DNA of 64,000 bases from a virus. Its lineage: Duplodnaviria > Heunggongvirae > Uroviricota > Caudoviricetes. Numbering within the stretch: the stretch's first letter is position 1; each line of letters begins with the position of its first letter. The position numbers and the translations under genes were made by a program. Shown here in pieces: positions 28,171-37,200 of the stretch. The notes beneath the pieces are model-generated. The model was not told the origin of the DNA. It saw nothing but the letters and a program-made list of their open reading frames with translations, and searched no databases. The stretch covers positions 174,446 to 238,445 of IMG/VR virus record IMGVR_UViG_3300028833_000055; one strand, given 5' to 3'.

Positions 28171-30368
28171 TATTCAATGTCCTTGTTGTAAAATCTCATA
28201 CTCTCTTCAATCTGTCTCGGTTCGGCGAAGTTCTTTACACGCTTCAAATACCCGATTATTCTTGTGAGCTTATCGACATTCTTGCTTCCACAGTGGGGAC
28301 ATTCGTCCAAGTCGTGTTTTGAAATATACCCGCAGTCGTTGCAAGCGGTATTCCTTACATTGTATGTGAAGTAGTTGCAACCTACCGAAGCGGCGTACTT
28401 CAAGAGTTTTCTGTTCTGTTCCTTGTTCAGATGTTCTGCGAGGTTGATGTGGCAGGCGGAACCACCATCGAGATACTGTACATATTCCTTTCCGTGAAGT
28501 TTCATCTTGTTGAGAACACTCAATGAGTCGTCTTCCGGATTGAAGAAATATGACGAGTACATAATGTGCTTTTTACTTACGAAGTAACCGTCCTTCTTGT
28601 CCCAGTTGTAGTTCTTTACCGAAAGGTTTTCGCCAGGTACGAACTCCGTGTTGAACATACAGTCACGAGTCTTGTCCTTTTTGTTGCAGATGTTTATGGT
28701 TTCAAGTATTATGTTGACGAAATTTCTGTAGTCTTCATTGTCTGAACAATCTATTCCAAGAAATTCAGCGGCATCAGTCAAACCGTTTACACCGACTGTC
28801 AAGTACTGTTTTCTCAGGTTTATGAAACCGGCACGATAGATGTCGAGCATATTTGATTCGTGGAAATCCTTGATGATTGAATTGAAGGCGGTCTGGTACT
28901 TGTGTACGTTTTCCGTAACCTCCGTGATGTTGGATTTGATTTTCTCGATGACTCCTTCTTGAATTTCCTTGTCTTGTTTCGAAATGATGAATTTTTCTCC
29001 GAGTGTGAACTTGTAATTGTTTTCTTCGAAATATTCCATAACCGAATTCTGGATAATTCTGTTCAGGTTGATTGTCATAACCGACTTTGAACCGGTGGCG
29101 ACAGAAGCTGTTCCCATAGAGAACTGGTGTGTATTGTGGTTATGTTCTTCATCATTATCCTTCAAAGAATTTCTAAGTCTGCAACACGAACTCAAACTGT
29201 CCGGTGAATCGGAAAGGTATGTGAAGAAAGAGTGTCCTTCTGCATACATCTCTGCTGTGAAGTCTGCATATTCCTTGTCAACCAAGTCGTTACCATCTGT
29301 AAGACACGCCATTGTCTCAACCGGGAATGTAAGGGTGTATCTGGTTCTTTCATCGTTGAACCACTTCATAAATTTCTTCTGCAACCACGAAAGTGTCTCC
29401 CATTTCGGTGCAGTTCCATCCGGAAATCTGAAATCACCGAATACACCTTCAAAATATCCTTTGTCGAAATAACCCACATTCCAGAATACAGTTTGATAAC
29501 CACGGTTTCCAGCGGGCATATTCATAGAATGTACAACCTGCTGGAAATAGTTTTCAATGACCTTTTCAAGTGTCCTTCCTTTTCTGTTGAGTTCAACCTT
29601 CATATCGAGCTTGTCGAGATAGTCGTCACCATAGTCCTGTCTGATGAAATAGTCGAAGTACATAAGGAACTCGGGTGTCGCTACCGCTCCGGCGAACTGT
29701 GAGGATACGGAGTATACGAGATTGATGAACTCACCGCAGAACGACTTCAAGTCTGTGGGGGCTGTTGATGGACCACCGACACCGGTGAGTCCGTTTGTCA
29801 GGAACGGGTACATAGTTATGGCGACACAATACGGCATACCGGGAATCGCCGTCTCGTCGTGTTTGTACAACCTGTGTGTTTCGAGGTCGTATATGTATCT
29901 GTCTGCAAGTTTCTTGCTGTACATCATCTTTATACGGTCATACAGGAGGTATCTGTTCTGTTTGATGTTTTCCTCTTTGTATAACTCCTGACCCATAGTG
30001 ACCACATTCTTGTTGGAGACATTGGCGTTTGCATCGAACTTTGAACCCGTAGCGGCATTGCTCGCCTTTATGTAGTTCTTTATGTAGTCGGATTTCTTTT
30101 TCTTGAAGTTCATATCGCTGTTGATAGTGTCGTACTTGGATATGTAGGCTCTCGCCACCTTCTTGTTGACCGACATCAAGGCGTCTTCCACAAGTCTCCT
30201 TATTTCGGAGCTCGACATATTTTCATATACGAACAAACTGTCAACGACATTCTTTATCAAGTGTTCGTCTATCTCCTCGTTGATTGACTTGTATGCGTCA
30301 ACAATATCATTGAATACTTTATCAACATTGTATTCCTCAAGTGTACCGTCTGATTTTCTTATATTCAT
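28170..30368 (-). CDS. nrdD: anaerobic ribonucleoside-triphosphate reductase (class III)
   Basis: N-terminal ATP-cone (MNIRKSDGTLEEYNVDKVFNDI); C-terminal Zn-ribbon CNDCGY...CPHCGS and glycyl-radical motif TRIIGYLKRV. Confidence 0.9.
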   Translation of the reverse strand: MNIRKSDGTLEEYNVDKVFNDIVDAYKSINEEIDEHLIKNVVDSLFVYENMSSSEIRRLVEDALMSVNKKVARAYISKYDTINSDMNFKKKKSDYIKNYIKASNAATGSKFDANANVSNKNVVTMGQELYKEENIKQNRYLLYDRIKMMYSKKLADRYIYDLETHRLYKHDETAIPGMPYCVAITMYPFLTNGLTGVGGPSTAPTDLKSFCGEFINLVYSVSSQFAGAVATPEFLMYFDYFIRQDYGDDYLDKLDMKVELNRKGRTLEKVIENYFQQVVHSMNMPAGNRGYQTVFWNVGYFDKGYFEGVFGDFRFPDGTAPKWETLSWLQKKFMKWFNDERTRYTLTFPVETMACLTDGNDLVDKEYADFTAEMYAEGHSFFTYLSDSPDSLSSCCRLRNSLKDNDEEHNHNTHQFSMGTASVATGSKSVMTINLNRIIQNSVMEYFEENNYKFTLGEKFIISKQDKEIQEGVIEKIKSNITEVTENVHKYQTAFNSIIKDFHESNMLDIYRAGFINLRKQYLTVGVNGLTDAAEFLGIDCSDNEDYRNFVNIILETINICNKKDKTRDCMFNTEFVPGENLSVKNYNWDKKDGYFVSKKHIMYSSYFFNPEDDSLSVLNKMKLHGKEYVQYLDGGSACHINLAEHLNKEQNRKLLKYAASVGCNYFTYNVRNTACNDCGYISKHDLDECPHCGSKNVDKLTRIIGYLKRVKNFAEPRQIEESMRFYNKDIE

Positions 30369-30380
30369 GTGTATTTTGTT

Positions 30381-30950
30381 TTATTTTGTTTCTTCTTTTC
30401 CGTCAGGAAAAAGTTCTTGGATAGTATTTATAAAATCGCAAACTTCTTTTTCCGAACACAATCTAGTGTCGTATAAATTGAAATTTTCGAAATCATTTTT
30501 GTCCGCTTGAACTCTCCTTTCTATCGTATCATCTTCCTTACCACCGTTGTATCTTCCGCCTAATCTGCTTATTCTCAATTCAATAGGCATATCGAGATAA
30601 ATTATCTCACAAATATCCGACAAGTTTGGGAGATGGTGTTTCAAGTCGATTATATTGCCTATGCTGACAATACCCACATTGCAGTTGTCGAAATCGTCTT
30701 TGGAGAATCCGTACCACCATCCATTAAAGGATTTTACTGAAAGGAATTTAAAGTCACGTATCATTTCACCCATGACTTCCGGTGAGACAAAATTGTATTC
30801 CGAACCGTTTTCGGTTGGTCTCTTTGGTCTTGTTGTATACTGGATTAGTGGTTTGTATCCTTTCTCGATGAATTTCTGCTGGAGCCAGTCTTTGCCGGAT
30901 GCAGCCGGACCGACGATTAAAATCTTTTTACCTTTTGTGTCCGATTTCAT
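30381..30950 (-). CDS. guanylate kinase-like P-loop nucleoside monophosphate kinase
   Basis: ILIVGPAASGKDWL P-loop followed by QYTTRPKRPTENGSEYNFVS (cf. Gmk ATTRPPR.GE.DG.DYHFVS). Confidence 0.6.
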   Translation of the reverse strand: MKSDTKGKKILIVGPAASGKDWLQQKFIEKGYKPLIQYTTRPKRPTENGSEYNFVSPEVMGEMIRDFKFLSVKSFNGWWYGFSKDDFDNCNVGIVSIGNIIDLKHHLPNLSDICEIIYLDMPIELRISRLGGRYNGGKEDDTIERRVQADKNDFENFNLYDTRLCSEKEVCDFINTIQELFPDGKEETK

Positions 30951-31134
30951 ATACCTTTTTTAAAAAAATGTCCGAGATAGTTTCGTCAATTTCCTTGACT
31001 TTCTTTACAAAATCATCCTCGTTTTCCAGTGATATGTCTATATAGTCACCGTCTTTCAAGAATAATCTTATATCATTATTTATATTAAATCTTATGGCTT
31101 TTATTTTACCATTGGTGTTCTCATCTACAAACAT
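30928..31134 (-). CDS. small hypothetical protein
   Basis: 68-aa ORF overlapping the downstream start by 23 nt. Confidence 0.3.
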   Translation of the reverse strand: MFVDENTNGKIKAIRFNINNDIRLFLKDGDYIDISLENEDDFVKKVKEIDETISDIFLKKVYEIGHKR

Positions 31135-31175
31135 ATAACCCCGCCGTATTTTTCTCTTACACTATTAAACATAAC

Positions 31176-31208
31176 AAAAACCACCGAAAAAAATCGGTGG
31201 TTTTTTAA
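31176..31208. terminator. rho-independent terminator
   Basis: CCACCGA-aaaaaa-TCGGTGG then T6; follows the flotillin gene on the minus strand. Confidence 0.65.
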
Positions 31209-31222
31209 TTTAAGTCAAACTA

Positions 31223-32764
31223 CTATTTCTTTGAAGTACGACTTATTGCGTTTTCAAGAGTTGACTGCTCTACAATCTTCTGCATATCAACACCTGTTGC
31301 GTCTGCAACTGTATCCATAGTCTGCTTGATTACAGCGGGAACCTGTCCGGAAAGCTGTGTGATGCCGTCTCCGTTTCCACCGTAGATACGAACATCCTTG
31401 ATTGAACTGATTGGTTCGGCCACACTCTTGGCGATTTCCGGAAGTTTTTCAAGAACAAGCTGTGCCTTTGCTGCATCACCATACTTCTGGAATGCGTTTG
31501 CTTTCTTTTCCATTGCTTCCGCTTCTGCAATACCCTTCTTTTCGATGGCGGATGCTTCTGCAAGACCTTTCTTTTCGATGGCGTATGCCTCTGCATCGGC
31601 GAGTTTCTTCTTACCGAGTGCTTCCTGTTCCATACGGAACTGTTCCGCTTCGGCCGCCGCCCTTACCGCCTTCGCCTTCTGTTCTGCTTCATAGGCTTCC
31701 GCTTCGGCCTTACGTTTTCTCTGTTCGAGTTCAGCGGATGCCTCTATTTCCTTCTGATACTTTTCTGCATCGGCCTGCTTCTGTACTTCTGCATCGAGTT
31801 TGTTCTTCTGGATTTTAACACGCTGTGCAGTGAGCTCTTCCTCCTTTCTTGCCTTTTCGGTTTCCGCTTCGATTGCGGCGGCGTTGATTTCCTTCTGTTT
31901 TTCCTGTGTCAGGAGCATCTTTGAAGCCTCCGCTTCAACTGTCTTTTCGTTGATGGTCTTCTGCTGTTCCTGCTGCTGAATTTCGTATGCGGCATCGGCC
32001 TTCGCCCTATTGGTGTCTTCTATGACTTTAAGTTCGGCCTTCTTTATTGCAAGGGCGTTGTTCTTCTCCGCTACGATTGTCTCGTTTTCAACACGGGCGT
32101 CATTGGCTTCTTTCTTTGCCTTCGCTTCAGCGATGGCGATGTCTCTTTCGGCCTGAGCCTTGGTGATGGACGCTTCCTTACGGATTTTGTATGTGTTGTC
32201 TGCACCGAGATTTCTTATAAGACCCTCTTCGTCGGTTATGTTCTGGATGTTGCACGAAATCATTTCGATACCGAGCTTGGCCATATCCTTCGCCGCCTTG
32301 GCTGCAATCTGGTCGGAAAAACCGTCACGGTCGATATTCAACGACTTGAGACTTAATGTACCGATGATTTCCCTCATATTACCTTCAAGGGAATCCTTGA
32401 CCTGTGAAGCGATTTCCCTTTCCGTCATATTGAGGAAGTTCTTGGATGCGAGTCTGATACCTTCCGGTGTGTTTATGACCCTAATCTTCGCCACTGCGTC
32501 TACCATAACGGAAATGAAGTCGTTGGTTGGAACCGGTACCGAAGTCTTGATGTCTACCGATGTCTGTCCGAGAAAGACCTTATCCACACGCTCGAGACCC
32601 GGAATACGGAAACCTCCCTTGCCGATAAGTATTCTCGGCTGCTTTGAAATACCCGAGATGATGTAAGCGTCCTTTGGTGGAGCCTTGACATAACATACTG
32701 CGATAAATACCACTAACAATACGACCACTATGGTCGCCAGAATAAGAATACTTTGAATACTCAT
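31223..32764 (-). CDS. SPFH/band-7 flotillin-like membrane protein
   Basis: N-terminal TM helix (ILILATIVVVLLVVFIAVCYV); SPFH core; long Ala/Glu/Lys-rich coiled-coil (EAE/AKA repeats) typical of the flotillin/YqiK family. Confidence 0.8.
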   Translation of the reverse strand: MSIQSILILATIVVVLLVVFIAVCYVKAPPKDAYIISGISKQPRILIGKGGFRIPGLERVDKVFLGQTSVDIKTSVPVPTNDFISVMVDAVAKIRVINTPEGIRLASKNFLNMTEREIASQVKDSLEGNMREIIGTLSLKSLNIDRDGFSDQIAAKAAKDMAKLGIEMISCNIQNITDEEGLIRNLGADNTYKIRKEASITKAQAERDIAIAEAKAKKEANDARVENETIVAEKNNALAIKKAELKVIEDTNRAKADAAYEIQQQEQQKTINEKTVEAEASKMLLTQEKQKEINAAAIEAETEKARKEEELTAQRVKIQKNKLDAEVQKQADAEKYQKEIEASAELEQRKRKAEAEAYEAEQKAKAVRAAAEAEQFRMEQEALGKKKLADAEAYAIEKKGLAEASAIEKKGIAEAEAMEKKANAFQKYGDAAKAQLVLEKLPEIAKSVAEPISSIKDVRIYGGNGDGITQLSGQVPAVIKQTMDTVADATGVDMQKIVEQSTLENAISRTSKK

Positions 32765-32799
32765 AACTTTTTTGATTTATGTAATTAATAATCTATGAA

Positions 32800-33003
32800 T
32801 TAAAGTCCAAATATAGTGACCACAAGCCACAACACACCCACGAACAACGCCGCTTCAAGGATAAATCCGATAAAGGCCCCGAAGAACTGCAACGGAAAAA
32901 GCAGCAGGAATAAAAATCCTTTCAATACGTCTATCAAAGTTCTTCCGAATAAGAAGTAAAGCACTATAAGGATTACCGCTATGGTTATTATGGTCGAAAA
33001 CAT
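32800..33003 (-). CDS. small membrane protein (2 TM)
   Basis: 67 aa, almost entirely hydrophobic. Confidence 0.4.
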   Translation of the reverse strand: MFSTIITIAVILIVLYFLFGRTLIDVLKGFLFLLLFPLQFFGAFIGFILEAALFVGVLWLVVTIFGL

Positions 33004-33006
33004 AAT

Positions 33007-33390
33007 TTACTCTTCTATGGTTACAATTTTAATGAAATTCTCTTTCTTGAATGAACGGAACTGGTTCTTTTCAAGGTCGTAGTAGTTGACGACATTTTCA
33101 TTCTTCTTCACCGTTTTCTTCTTGTGTTTGAAAAGATACGACTTTCCGTCCTCGCTTTCACCGACAAGTTCGATTTTGTTCTCATTCATATACTCTTCCA
33201 TACTTCCGTATTTCTCGGAGACGAGTGTGTCAACGGCGGTTTTTTCGAGTTCAAATTCGTCCGGTTCTCTTTTTGGGAGCAGGTCTTCTCTGAGTGTTCC
33301 CTTCGCTGTTCTTGTTGTTCCGTCAGTTTTCGTATATTCGAAAATGACTACATTGTTCTTCAATGTTTCTTTAAGTTCTTCTGCATTCAT
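33007..33390 (-). CDS. small protein, paralogue of 24569..25060
   Basis: FEYTKTDGTTRTAKGTLREDLLP...NYYDLEKNQFRSFKKENFIKIV parallels FKFQKRDGSIRKAHGTLHPDFLP...VYYDLDKFAWRSFRSFKFIKI. Confidence 0.5.
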   Translation of the reverse strand: MNAEELKETLKNNVVIFEYTKTDGTTRTAKGTLREDLLPKREPDEFELEKTAVDTLVSEKYGSMEEYMNENKIELVGESEDGKSYLFKHKKKTVKKNENVVNYYDLEKNQFRSFKKENFIKIVTIEE

Positions 33391-33395
33391 ATTGT

Positions 33396-33818
33396 CTAAA
33401 CGTTTAAAGTTGAAATTTCTTCTTCTGTTATCTCTTTTAATTTTCTGTCGAGTTCCTCATCGGTATCGAAATAGAATTTTCTTTTTTCACCATCGACGAA
33501 GTGTATTTCCATCACGGGCCTGTTGTACCAGCTGTCCGTCTTTTCATCGTATCTGATACTATCGTTCCAGTCTTTGATAACATCCTCGATATTACGGAAA
33601 TAATTTTCACTATCTGAACGCCACAGCGTTTCCTTCGCCACACACTTGTGCTGGTAGCAACCGAAAAAGATTTTACGGACAAAATCCTCGTCCGGATAAT
33701 TATCCCACGAATGGGGGCGGTATTCCTCTCCTTTCTCTATCTTCTTTATATATTCGTTTGGACACGAATGTGTGTGATAGATGTGTGAAAACTGTTTGAA
33801 TGTTACTTTACTGTTCAT
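33396..33818 (-). CDS. hypothetical protein
   Basis: Track ORF is 33396..33881; the internal ATG at 33818 (MNSKVTF...) removes the overlap with the upstream gene. Confidence 0.4.
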   Translation of the reverse strand: MNSKVTFKQFSHIYHTHSCPNEYIKKIEKGEEYRPHSWDNYPDEDFVRKIFFGCYQHKCVAKETLWRSDSENYFRNIEDVIKDWNDSIRYDEKTDSWYNRPVMEIHFVDGEKRKFYFDTDEELDRKLKEITEEEISTLNV

Positions 33819-33819
33819 A

Positions 33820-34338
33820 TTATTCTTTTTTTGAAATGACTTTCCAATATTTGTTGTGTATCTCTTTACCATCCACATCACCCCACTTGCAAGGCTTTAT
33901 AACTTCGTAGCAGTCAACATCCGACACAAGTTCGTCGATAATTTCGGGATTTTCCTTCAAAGTTATCTGGAACGCCTTGTTTATCATTCTCGCCTGCCAC
34001 ATATTGACAAGTTTTCTCAAACCTATCATTGAGTTGAAGTCACATAATCCTACCCATATCCATCCATATTTGGTTTTCTTGACGGGTATCAACCTATGGT
34101 CGATATGGTAACACAGACGGTGAAACCAGTGCCACTTGTATGTCGCCCGGTATCCGACAAGTATTTCCTTTATACCTCCGTCCCAGAATGTAAGGAAGTC
34201 ATCTCGATAACATCCCCACTTCTCTTTCCCGCATACTCCGACCTTCGCCCATTTTCTCATTCTTGTTTCAAGAATGCTTATGGCGGAGTACAACTGTTTT
34301 CCGTATTTCTCGAACCATTCGTCTCCCCAGCAATGCAT
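33820..34338 (-). CDS. hypothetical Trp/Cys-rich protein
   Basis: 172-aa ORF. Confidence 0.45.
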   Translation of the reverse strand: MHCWGDEWFEKYGKQLYSAISILETRMRKWAKVGVCGKEKWGCYRDDFLTFWDGGIKEILVGYRATYKWHWFHRLCYHIDHRLIPVKKTKYGWIWVGLCDFNSMIGLRKLVNMWQARMINKAFQITLKENPEIIDELVSDVDCYEVIKPCKWGDVDGKEIHNKYWKVISKKE

Positions 34339-34341
34339 AGC

Positions 34342-34740
34342 TTATTTCTCCTTGTTTTTATAGATATGTTGATTTTTGGGTGATTCGTTGCTTTTCTTTA
34401 TTGAGTCTTCAAATCTCTTTTGCAACTCCCACGCCTTTTCTTCGGTATTTTCACAACGGCAGTGGCCTTTTTTGTAGAACAGTCTCAGATGTCCCCCGAA
34501 AGTGATGTAGAACCACATGCCCAGATATTTTACCTGCGGGTAGAAAAATTTCATACCGTTCCCATAAGCGATTTCGTTGAGTCTCCATTCTGCATCTTTC
34601 AATGCCTTGTAGTTCCAGTAACTGCGTTTGAATATGATACGATGAAGAAATCTTATGACCGGAAAGAAAATCAAAAATAAGAAGACCGTAATTCCGGCAA
34701 CCAGTATAATCATTTTTAAACCCATAAGAATAAAATTCAT
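34342..34740 (-). CDS. membrane-anchored hypothetical protein
   Basis: N-terminal TM helix MNFILMGLKMIILVAGITVFLFLIFF; promoter motif 17 nt upstream. Confidence 0.45.
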   Translation of the reverse strand: MNFILMGLKMIILVAGITVFLFLIFFPVIRFLHRIIFKRSYWNYKALKDAEWRLNEIAYGNGMKFFYPQVKYLGMWFYITFGGHLRLFYKKGHCRCENTEEKAWELQKRFEDSIKKSNESPKNQHIYKNKEK

Positions 34741-34756
34741 AATTCAATTTATTTTT

Positions 34757-34780
34757 CACAAAGATACTATTTTATTTTTG
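34757..34780. promoter_or_regulatory. divergent promoter region holding the conserved motif CACAAAGATACTATTTTA and a plus-strand TATTTTTG box
   Basis: Third motif copy serves the minus gene; an overlapping TAnnTTTG match (TATTTTTG, 34773-34780) lies ~38 nt upstream of the plus-strand vWA gene start. Confidence 0.4.
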
Positions 34781-34817
34781 ATATTCATAAATAATTTAAA
34801 CCAATAAAATATTTTTT

Positions 34818-37163
34818 ATGAATTACTTTAAAGATTTTGATTCTTTTGTTTTTCCCAAAGGTTCGTCAATGATAAATGAGGGTCTGATGGACAATGGAAA
34901 AATTATAAGAGAAACATTTATAAAAAAGGGAAGTAGAACAGTTACTGTAACAAAAGAAAACGGTGAAAAGGAAACAGTGACAATAGACCCGAAAGAAATT
35001 GTGGATACCGTTGAAGATGCAATCAAAAGTCTTTCTTTTGATTTCGGTAGTTTTTTTGATTTTGTAAGTGAATTTACAATAATATATTTTTGGTTTGACA
35101 AGCACTGCAAAACAATGTGTGTGGATGACCATATGAACATATATATTAGTGCTCCTTTTGTTAAATTCGGTCTTAAAATGGACAAAAGACTTATTGGTGC
35201 TGTCGTAATGCACGAAATATTACATGTCGCTTTTAATCATTTGGAAAGAGGAAAAAGATGGTTGGTTTCACAGAATAAACCATATAACAAGGAAACCGCA
35301 CACGATAATAATCTTGCTGCCGATATAGAAGTGAATATTGCTTTAACTCAAAAACATATCATATCTTCCAAAGAACTTGTTTCAGAAATAAAGGGTCTTT
35401 ATTTACAAAAGTATAGTAGTAATGTTCCTCCTATGGAAACTGTTCTTGAAGACGAAGACACTATGAAAGAACTTAGACTTATGTCTCCTCTGGATGAAGA
35501 GGAAAAACAACCACCAAAAGAAAATCAAAATGTCAAAACAACAAAAGAATTTGATGAAGGATATGTTGAAATGAAAAACAAGATAGCAGATATTGTCAAC
35601 AAATATGGTCCCGAAAAGGCCATAGAAAAACTTCGTGAAATTGGAGCGGTTTCCGGTGTTGAACCGACGGTTAGTGATGATATAGATTTTGATGATGTTT
35701 TGAGTATGAATTTTATTGTACTTAAAACATTTGAAGAATTTATAAACGAGTCTAACGAAACGGAACAATTTGATGGTTTCTCAACAAAAGAAGATGGTTA
35801 TAGGGAGGCTATTAGAAAATCTCTTGGTGAAATTATGTCATCGTTGAATCAAGATGACATGGAAGGTGAAGATGAAGGTGATGATGGGGATGATTCGGGT
35901 CAAGAAATTGAAAGCGGAATAAATCAAGATGACCTTAAACCAATGAACTTACCTGGTAAAAAAGGAAAAAAATCAAATGGAAAAGGAAAATCACTCCCTT
36001 CAAATGTAAACCAAAGCAGTGATGGTGAAGACACAGAAGGAGATGAAAGTAAAGATTCCAGTGGTAATAGTAATGGTGATAATAAAGAAGGTGAGGAAGG
36101 TAAAGATTCTAGTGGTAATAAAGAAAGTAAGGGAGGTAAAGGTAATTCAAAAGGTGGTATGTTTACAAACGATGGAAACAGCAGTGAAATAGAAGTATCT
36201 TTTGGCGGTTTAAAAACCGGTGAATTTACCGATTCAAAATCAAGTATGGCCAAGTCTTTGAAAGATACAATTAAAGATAGTTATGGAAAAGATTTTGAAA
36301 AAATTATGGATGTTATAAAAGAAAATGAATCCCTTAACACAAATGAGATGGTTGAAAGGAAACGTGAAGCGGCATTTAATTCTCTTTCTTCTGGGGATAA
36401 ATTAAAAATGCTCTGGAAAAATAGTAAGGATAATGAGAAAAAGTACAAAGCGATGTGGAAGAAAATATTAAAAGAGTTCCTTTCTTTAAAGACAAGAAGA
36501 GCGGGTGAAGATGTCAGGGATAATAGAATAAAATGGGGTGAGAAAAGAAGAATGTCAATAGGTATGATATCACCAAAGAATCTTAAAAAAGCACAAGATA
36601 ATCAAGATTTAAACGTATATGTTGATATTTCCGGTTCGGTGGATATGAAACTTTTGGAACTTGTTGCCCAGTCTCTTACAGTATTTTTAAAACAATATAA
36701 GTATTCTGGAATAAATGTTATTCCTTGGGGTACTGATTCAAACGGGTCACATAGAGTGAGTCCTATTTCAAAAATTGGTACAGAAAAAGCGGCTGCCGAA
36801 ATCATATCATACATAGAGGATGGAATTAATACATTGGGTCGAGGTACGGAGCTTCGTGGGGCTTGTGTTCCGGAATTGATTAAAAATATTGAAAGTATTA
36901 GAAAAAGGGAAGAAGCCGATGATATTCAGATAATAATATCAGATGGTGATACTGGTAGCGACCAAAATGGCATTGAAGAGCTTATATATTCCGTTTTGAC
37001 AGCCAATGGAAATCCAAATAGATTGAGTGCCAAAAATGCAAACATAGCAATTAAGAACTGTATATGGATGTTGTACGATTGTCGAGACGAAGAAAGTTGG
37101 AAACAGGCGATAAAAAATGGAAAACTTGTCTTTATATCAAGTAAGAATTTTATTCCAGAATAA
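34818..37163 (+). CDS. vWA-domain protein with an N-terminal HExxH metallopeptidase-like domain (DUF2201/CobT-like)
   Basis: AVVMHEILHVAFNH zincin motif in the N-terminal domain; C-terminal MIDAS YVDISGSVD; central acidic low-complexity DSSGN/KEGEEGK repeats. Confidence 0.7.
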   Translation: MNYFKDFDSFVFPKGSSMINEGLMDNGKIIRETFIKKGSRTVTVTKENGEKETVTIDPKEIVDTVEDAIKSLSFDFGSFFDFVSEFTIIYFWFDKHCKTMCVDDHMNIYISAPFVKFGLKMDKRLIGAVVMHEILHVAFNHLERGKRWLVSQNKPYNKETAHDNNLAADIEVNIALTQKHIISSKELVSEIKGLYLQKYSSNVPPMETVLEDEDTMKELRLMSPLDEEEKQPPKENQNVKTTKEFDEGYVEMKNKIADIVNKYGPEKAIEKLREIGAVSGVEPTVSDDIDFDDVLSMNFIVLKTFEEFINESNETEQFDGFSTKEDGYREAIRKSLGEIMSSLNQDDMEGEDEGDDGDDSGQEIESGINQDDLKPMNLPGKKGKKSNGKGKSLPSNVNQSSDGEDTEGDESKDSSGNSNGDNKEGEEGKDSSGNKESKGGKGNSKGGMFTNDGNSSEIEVSFGGLKTGEFTDSKSSMAKSLKDTIKDSYGKDFEKIMDVIKENESLNTNEMVERKREAAFNSLSSGDKLKMLWKNSKDNEKKYKAMWKKILKEFLSLKTRRAGEDVRDNRIKWGEKRRMSIGMISPKNLKKAQDNQDLNVYVDISGSVDMKLLELVAQSLTVFLKQYKYSGINVIPWGTDSNGSHRVSPISKIGTEKAAAEIISYIEDGINTLGRGTELRGACVPELIKNIESIRKREEADDIQIIISDGDTGSDQNGIEELIYSVLTANGNPNRLSAKNANIAIKNCIWMLYDCRDEESWKQAIKNGKLVFISSKNFIPE

Positions 37164-37200
37164 TTGAATTTCATAAATAATAAAAAACAATTATATCAAA

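Noticed and set aside
31398-31818. Ala-rich plus-strand ORFs antisense to the flotillin gene
   Set aside because: GC-rich EA/AK-repeat coding on the minus strand gives Ala/Ser-rich antisense frames, a composition artefact.
34451-34759. 102-aa minus ORF overlapping 34342..34740
   Set aside because: Its start would lie inside the conserved promoter motif at 34757, and the other frame gives a clean TM protein starting downstream of the motif.
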